Shown piece after piece: positions 24,886 to 35,624 of a stretch of 64,000 nucleotides of DNA (positions are counted from its first letter, which is position 1; the number at the start of each line of letters is the position of its first letter). Under the pieces are notes generated by a model that ran no database searches, was not told the DNA's origin, and saw only the letters and a program-made list of their open reading frames with translations. Source of the stretch: Bilabrum cf. latius. Lineage: Eukaryota. Location of the stretch: contig OZ237749.1 in the NCBI GenBank assembly GCA_965178125.1, positions 682,001 through 746,000 on the forward strand, written 5' to 3'. Both the position numbers and the translations under genes were made by a program.

Positions 24886-25338
24886 TGCTGAATCAGCGCC
24901 ATCTGCGATGCTCCAAAAGAAAGGGCTTGCACGTTTACTATCTCGCAGCTTCAAGCAGGCTGCTCGGGCGGCTGTGCACCCGACATCATCCAGGAGCGCA
25001 GCTAAGTTCGTTGTTTACTTACAGCTGGAGCTATTTTCAAGCCTTGGTCTCTTGCTCGGGTCGTGCCTGGCATCTTGCGAGGCAGTTTGATGTTCCCGAG
25101 AAGAGTTCGATGGGCGCTTCTACCCTGCAGCAAAGACTCCATCATCCGTCTTGCCCTGAGTTGCAGGGTACATTATTAAATAAAGCTTTTAGTTCTAAGG
25201 GCCGGATTGACCAGATCCGTGCAGACTGATCCGTGCCGCTCGGATCACACATCGACCGTTCGTTGGCCAAAATTATACACGCTACTACACAAGGTAGAAA
25301 TACGAATTTTGATACCCCAAGTCTTGGGCTTCAATGGG

Positions 25339-25572
25339 ATGGCCCCGAGGGTAATTTCTGTGCATTGCATGAAATGCAGCACTAAACTGTGCTCGTACTT
25401 GAAGGGAGGGCGTGGTATGCTGGTCAAGACGTTCCTTCACAAGATCAAGCGCGACTACACTTTAGAGCGAGGTGTTTGCCCCAGCTGTGGCTCTACCTTT
25501 GCTCGTGCTGCCATCATCAAGAATAAAGAAGCCAATAAAATCATTGGAGGCAAAGTGTATACCAAAGGGTGA
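25339..25572 (+). CDS. Small basic zinc-ribbon protein (77 aa)
   Basis: MAPRVISVHCMKCSTKLCSYLKGGRGMLVKTFLHKIKRDYTLERGVCPSCGSTFARAAIIKNKEANKIIGGKVYTKG-TGA; two CxxC pairs; intronless. Confidence 0.75.
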   Translation: MAPRVISVHCMKCSTKLCSYLKGGRGMLVKTFLHKIKRDYTLERGVCPSCGSTFARAAIIKNKEANKIIGGKVYTKG

Positions 25573-25990
25573 TCGTAGAATTGCATACAGTCGGGCATAT
25601 TTTCGGCAAGCATTCCGGTTGAACTTGGAATTGAGCCAGAATTCGAAATTGCCTGGTGCAGGGACAAGAAGGAGCAATCCATGTTTCGCAACACTTCTTT
25701 TGCGGCGTTCATCGCCCAGGTGCACCCCATCTTGGCGACCGCATTGGCGAAAGCCAGGTGATGCACTAGGTTCTAGATCGGCCAAGAAAACTGTACCACT
25801 GGTGGCACTGGCAGGCAACAATGGCGCTGCTAGACGATCCATCGCTGTTGGCCCGAGAGAAAGGTAGCATGGGATGCAGACGGGCAGTGGTGTCGATGAC
25901 AGGGCAGTTTGTCGCTCGGCCAAGATGGATGATGGCAAGTTTTTGCTGTCCGCCCTACTCGTTGCATGTAGAAATAGAAACAGCTGCAAC

Positions 25991-28066
25991 TCAAGTCTCC
26001 ATCTTAGCCTGCTTTGCAGGAGACTCCAGCGTATCATCGGGCTTTGGGGGCTAGGGGTCCCGCTTGCGCTTGTCGCCGGCCCGCTACTGACCCTCCCCAT
26101 CCCCCTGACCGCCCTTGCCCTGACCCTTGCCCTTGCCCTTGCCGCCCGATTTGGCCGCCCAGACATCCTCCACCGCCTCCCAGTCGGTGCTCTCCTTGAT
26201 CTCCTCAATCTCCCGCCTCTCGCTCTCGATCTGTTCCTCGGTGGGTGCCACCGCGGTGTACTCTGAGCCTTGCACGACAGCCGAGACGAGGTACAGCGAA
26301 TGGCCCTGCATCCTCACCACGGGGTGCGTCCTGTTCGGGAGCACCTGCTGCTTGCGGTGCCACAGTGTGATCACCCGAGGCTTGGACAGCAACCCGGGAA
26401 AAGGTCCGTCCCTGCCGATCGCAGCACACGCGGAGGCTACGTCCGTGGCTGACTCGATCGCCAGCGCCACTCGACCCCCCGGGCGCACCATGCGCGCGCC
26501 CACGAGCAGCGCAGCGGTCGGGTCACCATAGCACGCGACTACCATGCTGTCAAACCCACCTGCAAGCACGCTCACGATGAAATCGTTGCGTTCCCGGGTC
26601 AATGCGCGGCGCCTGGCCGACTCCGCAGCAGCCTCTACCGACACGATAGATGACGACGACGTAAGGGACGAAGATGGCTGCGCGTCCGCATCAGCCCCAG
26701 CACCACTCGCGGCAGCGCTTGAAGAGGAAGCGGTTCCTACCGTGGGGGCGGGTGCGGGCCCGATCACGGGAGCAACGACCAGGCCACCCTTGAGAGGGTC
26801 TGCGTACTGCTGCAGGTCTCCTGCGGGCAACACCAGCATCTCCAGATTGCTGCTGCTCCCCGGATCCTTGTTCCCCAAGTTGCCGCCGTGCGGCCACGTC
26901 TCCCACGTGTGAGCTTCCCCACGCGGCCTCGAGGGTCGGCTCTGCGTGTCTCCGGCCTCGGCAGGCCCGGCTGCCTCCGAGGACGCAGCAGACGAGGAAG
27001 AGGAGGAAGAGGGCGACATTGCAGACGAAGCGCTTCCAGCCTCCGATCCCTGCCTGATCTCAGCAGCCGCTTCATCTCGCATGGACAGGCCGCTCTTGCC
27101 CCCGGTGCCCTTGCCAAACGACCGCGTCGACTGCTTGGACCGCTTGCGCATGACCGGGCGCACCTGCAGATTACCGAAGCAGATGACTTTGTCTAGGTCG
27201 CAGTTTAGAGCAGACAACCCGAGTATGGTCCTGCCGTGCCTGGCGGCCACCGCAGTCAGCCCGCCGGCTCCCTGCCGCTCGTGCACCACGGCCGACAGGG
27301 TCCCCATCGTGTCGTCGAACACAAGGGTTCGCCCCTGGGGACGAACGTTCGCCAGCGACATGAGCATGCTTGCAGCATCCCAGCGGATGGAGATGGCGCG
27401 CGCGAAGAGAAGCGCAGGGATGGCACCCTCCAGCTGCGCCGACAGCAGCGCCTGAGCCGAGATTCGCTCCACTCGCACCCGGCGGACGTGCACATCCGCT
27501 TTCCGGCGAATGAATTTGCGCTGCGAAAAAGCCGTCTTGGAACCAAAATTTGTATTGGTCTCCGTCAGCCTATGCAAGATGGCGGCCCCAGACTCGCCCG
27601 CCTGCCGCATTTGCATGACTTCCTCAGTCCTCGTGAGAGCCCCGGCGTTCGAATCCTCGATGTCGCGGTTGTCGCGCTGCTCCTTCTCTGCTTCCTTCGT
27701 TGCTTTTACTAGATCCTACACGGTCGGTGCACTCGAAGCAGCTTGCGCTGCACCAGAAGCTACCCATTCACTTTCTGCCCCAGCATCGGTGGAAGCATCA
27801 AATTCCAATACCTCCGCCTCAGCCTCGTTCAAGGTACCATCAGGAACGTACTTGGCCCGTACAATTCGCTCACGCCGCTTTGGGCCGCCCTAGGACAAGT
27901 CAAGCTCGAATACTGACCCGAAAGGGGCACCAATAAAGTCGCTGCCCCGAATCACTGCTTTCATGACCCTTGAATTGAATCCTCGTGCAGCTTGAGCGAC
28001 ACCAAACGATCCATCGGAACCTCTTAGCCCAAACCATTGCCATGGCTACACAACCAAGTCGTCCAT
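25991..28066 (-). CDS. TRM6: tRNA m1A58 methyltransferase non-catalytic subunit Trm6/Gcd10 (about 691 aa)
   Basis: Motifs FIGAPFGSVFEL, DNRDIED...GESGAAILHRLTETNTNFGSKTAFSQRKF, IRWDAASMLMSLANV, GGFDSMVVA and RKQQVLPNRTHPVV. Track ORF 26084-27616 extends both ways through five TAG to an ATG at 28066 and a TGA at 25991. Confidence 0.9.
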
Positions 28067-28387
28067 TGTAATTGTACGGCTGGGTTTTCACTTCCGAACA
28101 ATGTGTTCCGCTATGTCGAATGCGCGGCGACGTAGTGATCGGATCAAACCAGCCAACCGAACCACGAACGCGCCTGGCGACGCTACATATCCTTTGGAGG
28201 TGAGCTATGGTGTCTGCGAACTCCCGTCGTTTGGCAATCCTGCAATTTATGATTGTACTTATTCTTGACGCCTGATACAGAACACCAGAGCGTTTTTGTA
28301 TGTTGTCGGACCTGCCAGAAGCAAACTCGCTCATCCTACTGTCGACTGTTTAGCCCATTTCCACCCCTTTTGCTCGCAGAAGCAAAT

Positions 28388-29035
28388 ATGTAAGATCATC
28401 ATATGCATTCGTAAAAGAGTCTTTTGCGAACTGTACTACATTACTTCACCAAGGGCTTGTTGTAGCCGCAAGAAGTTGTGGTATCCTGGCCCCTTGCTGT
28501 TTGTAGGTGCTGCTGCGCTCCTCTCATACTTCTTGGTTCGAATGCCGCTCACACATGTTGGTTCTTTTCCGTACATTGCAGGGGACGTCTTCACGGGCCT
28601 GGCAAGGGCATCAGCAGCTCTGCGCTGCCGTACAAGCGCACCCCCCCGTCTTGGGTTAACACCACCGCTGACCAGGTGGAGGAGCAGGTGTGCCAGTACG
28701 CACGCCGCGGCATGCGGCCATCTGCCATCGGCATGACCCTCAGGAACTCCCACGCCGTGCCCCAGGTGCGCAGCATCACCGGCAACAAGATCCTGCGTCT
28801 GCTGAAGAAGAACGGTCTCTCCCCCGACATCCCCGAGGACCTTTTCTTCCTGATCAAGAAGGCTGTGAACATGCGCAAGCACCTTGAGTCGAACAACAAC
28901 GACAAGGACACTAAGTTCCGCCTGATTCTCATCGAGAGCCGAGTGCATCGCCTGGCACGCTACTACAAGCGCACGCGCCAGCTGGAGCCCAACTGGAAGT
29001 ACAGGGCCGACACGGCCGCCACGCTCGTGTCGTGA
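28388..29035 (+). CDS. RPS13: 40S ribosomal protein S13 (uS15), 151 aa; intron 28390-28581 splits the start codon (AT|G)
   Basis: [20 protein letters not shown]...[20 protein letters not shown]...[23 protein letters not shown]. The canonical 151-aa length is obtained with the AT|GTAAG...TTGCAG|G splice. No TAG codons; ends in TGA. Confidence 0.97.
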
Positions 29036-29372
29036 GCTACGAGCCTCATGGCTTGGTTAGGTTTTGGTGGAGTGGTGGTTTGGGGCACTAGATAGAGCCG
29101 TTGGACCGGCAGCGCATGCGATGATTGGGGCTGCTGGCAATGTGGCGAGTGCGTGGTATGTGGCCTGTGGTGTCATGCTGGGGGCATTGTGTTGCCTGTA
29201 GTGTCGGCATTGCACGCCGGAATTGAGCTGCCATACGCACTTTGACTATCGATCTGTCCGAATAGCTCGTACCAGTGTTGCTCAGATCAACCCACCCGCC
29301 GACCGGCCCGTGATGCCCTTCCAAACGATAATGGGCCGAATGCATGTCGCGAGCAGGAAATCCGAATCACAG

Positions 29373-30410
29373 TCAACCCCACCTGCTCTTCCTGCCGCCC
29401 TACCCACCCGTGGCACCGCCTGTGCCCGAGCCCATGCCTGCCCCACCTGCCGCCCCATGCCCGCCCGCAGACGAGGATGACGCTGCGTCCGGGTTCCAAT
29501 TCCCCTGCACGGGGAGCTGCAAGCTAGGCCCAGAGGAAGATGCGCTTTGGCCACTACCTCCCTGCCCCTGGCTACCAGGTGCTAAGCCGCTGCTACCGGC
29601 AGGTGCTCCTGCTCCCACGGCACCCCCCCTCGGGCCAGCATGAGCAGCGCCCCTGCCCACTGGCATGCCCATCCCGGCTGCCCCTCCCCACTGCGGAGCG
29701 CCAGACCCCTGGCCGGCAGGCAGTGACGGAGGGCGAGGGCCGCCGTGCATGCCCTGCTGCCCCATTGCTCCTGGTCGCGGGCCCCACCCCGCGGCGGGGG
29801 GACGGCCCCCCATCATGGGGGGCATGCCCCTAGGGGGGAATCCGCCGCCCATCCCCATACCCATGCCGCCCATCCCCATGCCGCCCATACCGCCCATACC
29901 GCCCATCTAGGGTCGCATAGGACCACCGAATCCTGGGCGAGGTCCACCAAAGGGTCCGGGCCTACCACCGCCGAGCTATACTTGCAGTCCCGGACCTCCA
30001 GGACCGCGTCGCATAATGCTGAAATCCCTGTCACCGTACCCAGCGCCTTCGGTACCTGCAGTCTTGCTCCTAATACCAGCCTATCGGAGGACACCCAGTC
30101 CTGTACTAACTTTCTTTCCTTTGCTTTGCATCTCTACCCGCCTAAACATGGGGGAGTGCTCCAGGATATCTGGAAACACCACGAAACGCACAGTAAATCC
30201 TGGAATCCAAACAGACTGCAAATGCTTCGTATTCCCATCTGGCTACGTGAGCAACACGTCGCGCATCCGAATATTCATGCAATCTTCGGCATACTCAACA
30301 AGGCCACGATATACACAATCATGCTTCGTTTCGACAGTCAGCACCATACCTTCGCCTTCGTGCATCAGCATAATGGGAATAGACACTCCTTTCTTTCCAG
30401 AAACAACCAT
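29373..30410 (-). CDS. SMD3: Divergent SmD3-like snRNP core protein with long Gly/Met/Pro-rich tail (345 aa)
   Basis: SIPIMLMHEGEGMVLTVETKHDCVYRGLVEYAEDCMNIRMRDV...VWIPGFTVRFVVFPDILEHSPMF follows the SmD3 pattern (PIKVLHEAEG...YRGKL.EAEDNMN...YIRGSKIRF...PDMLKNAPM). It is in frame with track ORF 29400-29906 through five TAG and ends GGRKSRWG-TGA. Confidence 0.82.
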
Positions 30411-30533
30411 TTTTTAACAAAGAGAGCGGTGCACGGTGCCTACTGGCCCAAATACCAAGCTGTCGGCCCTCACAGTCATAATGGCACGTTACAATTTCGA
30501 AGTTGCAGCTCTACAAATATCCAGTCGTGCGCC
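30411..30533. promoter_or_regulatory. Probable bidirectional promoter between SmD3-like and V-ATPase H genes
   Basis: Only 123 bp separate the two divergent start codons, and the spacer is more AT-rich than the CDS. Inferred from geometry; no TSS data. Confidence 0.55.
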
Positions 30534-33149
30534 ATGGATGAACGTGAAATTGAACGGATTTTGCGCAACGCTGCTGATATACGATGGGATACATTCATGG
30601 CGTGAGTTTCCGGGGCGACGGCCGGGTCACATGGGATTCTATCGCGTGCTTGTCATGCCTCCAATCCTTGACCATTCTCGCATCTCGCATGTTTGCAGGG
30701 CTGGAGCCACAGATGGGTCTTAGAGCAATGTGATGATCAACCAAGATGATGTCGAGTCAATTCGAAGGCTGCAATCGGAGCCTCCTGGTGCTGTCTTGGA
30801 ACTGCTCGGGACAGCCTCAGACGATGTCAGTGTTATGGCCTGCAAGTCACTGGACGTCACGCTGTGAGCATAGGAAAGCGCATTTCTATTGTATTGCCAT
30901 GCCCTCTTTCGCAGATGTACCAGTCTTACCCCCGGGTACTGTTCAAAGTTGTGCAAAACATCAGTGATCCGTCTCCGGTGCGACACTGCCTCGCTTTGCT
31001 GTGGCAATTGCTGGAGGGTGAGTCAGCAAGTTGCACTGCACGTTTGTCGAAAATGCTCATTTTATGCAGACTCCATGCAGTCCTCTCTTTTGGCGCCGCA
31101 GGCAACTTCTACCAAGCCACTCCCTTGCTGCGTGGCGCTGCCCTGTTCACGGACAGCCCCACGGCCGCCCCACGCAGCGACACCATTGCCAGCGTTACCC
31201 GCCAGCTGGGCATCAGCAAGGACCAACCTGTGCTGCTGCTCGCTTCAGGAGTCGCTGCCCGCATGCTCGCAGCGCTGCCGCAGGAAGAGGACCTCGAGAC
31301 TGGGCGGACAGCGCCTGTGGTTGCGGCTACCACCGGCGCTGGCGAGGCCTCCACGCCCAGTCACTCGTCCCGGGTGCTTGCCGTGCCACCACGGGGAGTT
31401 TGTTCCTTTGGATCGTCTCTCGGAACTGCCCAAGCTGGCAGGGCAGGGGCCTCCACCAGCAGCGGAGGCAGGGGCGCTGCCGATTCTGTGCTGCCGGTGA
31501 CTGTGCCCGAGCTGAGGGCCGCAGAGGAACTCATGGCCTGGATCCGGAACACGCTCAGCGGTTGCAACCAATTTATCAGGGAACAAGCAAAGGCAGAGGG
31601 GCGGCGGCGGGCCGCTGCAGTCAGGGCGGGCCAGCAGCGCGGCAGGACGGGCCCCCATGCAAAGACGAGGCACCACCACGAGGACGGCGAAAAGGAGGAT
31701 GCAGGCAAGGGCAAAGGCGGACTTGGTGGGGATGGCTCGGCTGTTAATGACGGGGGAGTCAAAGGCTAGGCACGGGGCGGCGCTTCCACTGTGTTGTCTT
31801 CTGCGAGCAAGTCCAAGGGCGGCGGGCTGGCCTCTCGGTTCGACCGGGACGGGAAATCCGCCCTGTCTCCCGGAGAAATCGTCGCGATGTCCTGGAAGAA
31901 TCTGCAGATGCCGGCGGACACCCCCGAACCGTCGGTTGTCGCAAGGCTGCATCGGGGTGCCCTGGACGCGCTCATGGTGGTGCTCGAGTCGAGGTGGCTC
32001 GTGGGCAAGGCCGTAGGCCTCAGGATGGCCGACCAGCTCGTTCCAATTTTGAGGCACGACGACCCGGAGATCGCGTACCGCGCGGCGTTCTGCCTTTGGG
32101 TGCTCAGCATGGACGCGGAGGGCAGCCGGCAGGTGGGCATGCACCCAGAGGGCGTGCCGGTGCTGGTGTCGCTCATCCGGCCCAACACGGTGGCTCTCAA
32201 GGTCATCCGGGTGGCTGCGGCATGCCTCCGGCAGTGCAGCAGGGACGAGGACACGGGTGCGGAGGCAGTGGCCATCATGGAGGACGCGGGCCTGCGGGAG
32301 TCGCTCGCGAGTTTGGCCACCCAGCAGAAGGCCATGGAGGACGGGGAACTGCAGGCAGACGCGCGGGGCCTGTTGGAGGCCCTGGAGTCGAACGACACCG
32401 CGCTCACCGCCGTAGACAGGTATCGCAGGGAGCTAAGGAGCGGGAGCTTGCGGTGGTCCGGCCTGCACACCGCTTCGTTCTGGGAGGAAAACAACGCGCT
32501 CTTCGAGCAGAAGAACTTCGAAGTGATTCGTGCCCTCGCCTCTATCCTCGGAGCGAGGGGCGTCCAGGAAAGCGGGTCCGGGTCCGGGTCCGGGTCCGGG
32601 TCCGGGGGGCCAACCGAGAGCAAATCGGGCGAAGATGGATCCGCCGGGGTCCTTGCTCGCTCACTTTCGTCGTCAGGCACCAGTGCAGACCCGGAGACGC
32701 TGTGCGTGGCGTGTCACGACCTGGGAGAGTTCGCGGTGCATCACCCGTCAGGAAAGCTGTGAGTACAGGTTGATGCGGAGAGGGCGTGTGTTGACTTGTG
32801 CGTTCGTCTGTGTGGGTTGGCGGTTTGGCGGTTGTTTGCTGATCTTGCTTGCTCTCCGCACCGTACCCCCTACGCTTCCCTCATTTACACCATGCCTCTT
32901 CCGTGCGCCATACGTATCCATCGCAGGCTATGCCACCAGCTGGGAGTCAAGACCGCCGTGATGCAGATGCTGGACTCGTCACACCCGGATGTGTCAAGAC
33001 ACGCTCTGCTTGCCGTGTCCAAGATGATGATCGCGCGGTGGGAGTTTACAGCTGCAGCGCAGAAAGCCAAGGAGGAGGAGGAAGAGGAGCTGACTGCCAG
33101 CAGCATGCTCGCGGGGATGGGGGAGCCACGGGTCGGCGCATTGGGCTGA
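30534..33149 (+). CDS. ATP6V1H: V-type ATPase subunit H (about 725 aa); introns 30602-30698, 30826-30914, 31018-31101, 32759-32926
   Basis: Motifs YRAAFCLWVLS, LKVIRVAAACL, YRRELRSGSLRWSGLHTASFWEEN, ACHDLGEF and LGVKTAVMQML...ALLAVSKMM..RWEF. In-frame TAG at 30721 and 31767. The 5' introns are less certain (one GTCAGT donor, one 84-nt in-frame intron). Confidence 0.9.
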
Positions 33150-33346
33150 TGTATAGTGTCTGCGACGCAATATTGGCGGATTGATTCGAAATATGTAAGC
33201 GAAACCCCACGAAGCCAGCCCACCACACGTGAGGACAGCGAGGTGCGTGGTGGCGGCGCCGCGGCTGAGTATGGTGCTACCCAGTTCCGCAATCGATCCA
33301 GAGTCTGTTGGAGCATTTGTAGCACACACCAACGAGAAAATATATA

Positions 33347-35389
33347 ATGGCAGGCGCTGCCACGAAAGCTTTTCCTCCATTCGTGGGTAGGACGTTTCAC
33401 GAGCTGCGAAAAATGGTTGTAGAGAGGCGAACCGCCCTTCTGGACGTGATCGACGTTGACTTGTTAGGCAAGCCAATGAATTCGTGAGATTGAGGCACTT
33501 TGATGCTGTAAATTCGGTGATTCATAAGTTTTCTATGGTTCTTCGTTTCCGACCCGTTTCCAAGCTCGCACTCCGATCCCTCGTTCTTGGTTGCCGTGGT
33601 GGATCGCAGCGGGCACTTCGGCGACGTTTTCCAGGGCAAAGTGAAAGCTACCGGCCAGTAGGTTGCGGTGAAGAAGCTGAAGCGTTGCCATTTCACGCAT
33701 CCTGGCCGACTTGAGCGAGAAGCTCTGTATGAAGTGGCCGTCCTGCAGTACTTGAGAGACACCAAGCCAGCCTCGGCTTGCAAGAACATCTTACAGCTGG
33801 TGTCCTGTTGGGAACTCATTGACGTCGACGGCAACTTAACTTCGTGCATTGTTACTGAGTTTGCCCCGGGCGGAGACGTTATGGATGCGGTGATGGACTT
33901 GGGCGAGCAGGGAAAGCACTTTACCGAGCAGCTCGCTGCACGGTTCATGCGGGAGGCCGCGCAAGGCCTCGCTGCGACCCACGCCACGGGGGTTTTGCAC
34001 CGTGACATTAAACCTGACAACTTGCTGCTCTCTAGCAAGATCGGCACCGAGGGCTCCCGGGTAATCGTGTGCGACTACGGCCTGGCCAAGTGCTCCGGCA
34101 GCCGCATGGCTGGCATCGGCACCTTGCATTACACCCCCCCTGAGGTGCTGGACGCAGGCGACAGGGTCGACGGCGGCTGGACCGAGGCAGCTGATGCCTG
34201 GTCCCTGGGCTGCGTCGTGTACATCATGCTGGTTGGGCTCATGCCCTTCTACGGCGACGAGCGACAGCCGCGTATGGTGCAGGACGCGCAGACAAAAAAG
34301 GCCATAAGAGCGGGAAGCTTCTCCAGGACAGTCCACGCCTACGCCTCTTTGTCCAAGGGCGCCAAGGAAATCATCGAGGGCCTGCTCACCGTGGATCCAG
34401 CGAAGCGAATGACCCTCCCGCAGTTCCTAAAGCACCCCTGGGTGGCGGACTCGGCTGTCCCTGCACCCGGCCCCCTCACAGAGGCCACCAAGGGCATCCA
34501 CAAGATACACGCTCGCAGGAAGTTCAAGGCCGCCGCCCTCGCCGCCCTGTTCGGCTGCAGCATCAACCGGGTGGCACAGCTCAACGCCCTCGTACGCGCC
34601 ACCGGTAAGGTGTTCGACGCAGACGAGGTCAAGGCGGTGCAGTCCAGGCTCATGGCAAAGTCCTCCGACGGGCAGGTGGACGAGAAGCAGTTTGCGGAGG
34701 TGATGGCGGAATGCGGCTCCGAATTCACGGAGAAGAAGGCCGCCGCGATGTTCCGCGTCTTCGACGAGGACAACAGCGGGACCGTCAGCACCAGGGAATT
34801 CGTGGTGGGCCTGGCCATGCTCAAGTCGCACGGGCCCAGCGCCATCAAACTCTGCTTCGAGCTGCTGGACGCGGACAAGAGCGGGTCGCTGGACAAGGAC
34901 GAGCTGGGGGTGCTGATCCGAGCGGCTCACGAGGCAGTGGATGCCCACGCGCTGGACCGCTTCGAGGCGAAAGAAGAGCGGAGGGCAGCCGAGGCCTCCG
35001 CTACCGAGGGCAAGGCAACGCCCGCGGAGGCCCATGGGGTGGAGACGCACCACGACCGTGAGGACGAAGAGAGGCTTGCAACCTTCAAGAACATCGCGAG
35101 CGCGATCGATGCACTTGACGTGGACCACAGCGGCAAGGTGAGCTTCGAGGAGTTCGAGGCAGGGGTGCAGCGGGAGCCGCTGCTGATCGACCTCTTCCTG
35201 CACCGGGGGATCCGTGCTCTCACCCACGATACTGGTGCAAGCGAAGACGCAGAGGCCGTCACTGCTGGGGAGCACGGCGGGGAGGCTGCTGCGGGAGGGG
35301 CGGGGGACGCCGTGGCCAAGGCAGGAGGCAGCGGCACTGCTGTGGCCGCGGCCGGCAAGTCGTCTGGGAAGGAATGCACCGTCTCGTGA
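33347..35389 (+). CDS. Ca2+-regulated Ser/Thr kinase with CaM-binding-like helix and three EF hands (CCaMK/CDPK-like, 638 aa); intron 33484-33609
   Basis: SGHFGDVF, TGQ(TAG)VAVKK, HRDIKPDNLL, DYG, GTLHYTPPE, DAWSLG; then ARRKFKAAALAA; EF loops DEDNSGTVSTRE, DADKSGSLDKDE and DVDHSGKVSFEE; C-terminus CTVS-TGA. Confidence 0.92.
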
Positions 35390-35624
35390 AGGAGCCTGGC
35401 AAGTCTGATGCGCGCGGCACAGGGCATCCGAATATTGATCCAGACCGTAGATCTCCAGAATGTGGATTGCGTGAGTGGTGCCCGTGTCAGCCCGTCGAGT
35501 TTGGGCAGGTTGCTTTTCGGGGTTAGCGGCTTCAATTGATGTTGATTAGGATCCCGCACGCAGCTGTACAGATAGTATGCAAAATTACAATCACAGACGC
35601 CGAATCCACTCCAGTTCGCCTCGA

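Noticed and set aside
26084-29402. TAG acting as the true stop near gene ends (TRM6 at 26084, SmD3 at 29400), i.e. a context-dependent code
   Set aside because: Readthrough gives plausible termini (...SPAKQAKMET, ...GGRKSRWG) ending at TGA, and genes with homology-anchored ends (RPS13, ferredoxin) use TGA. Not formally excluded without 3'-end data.
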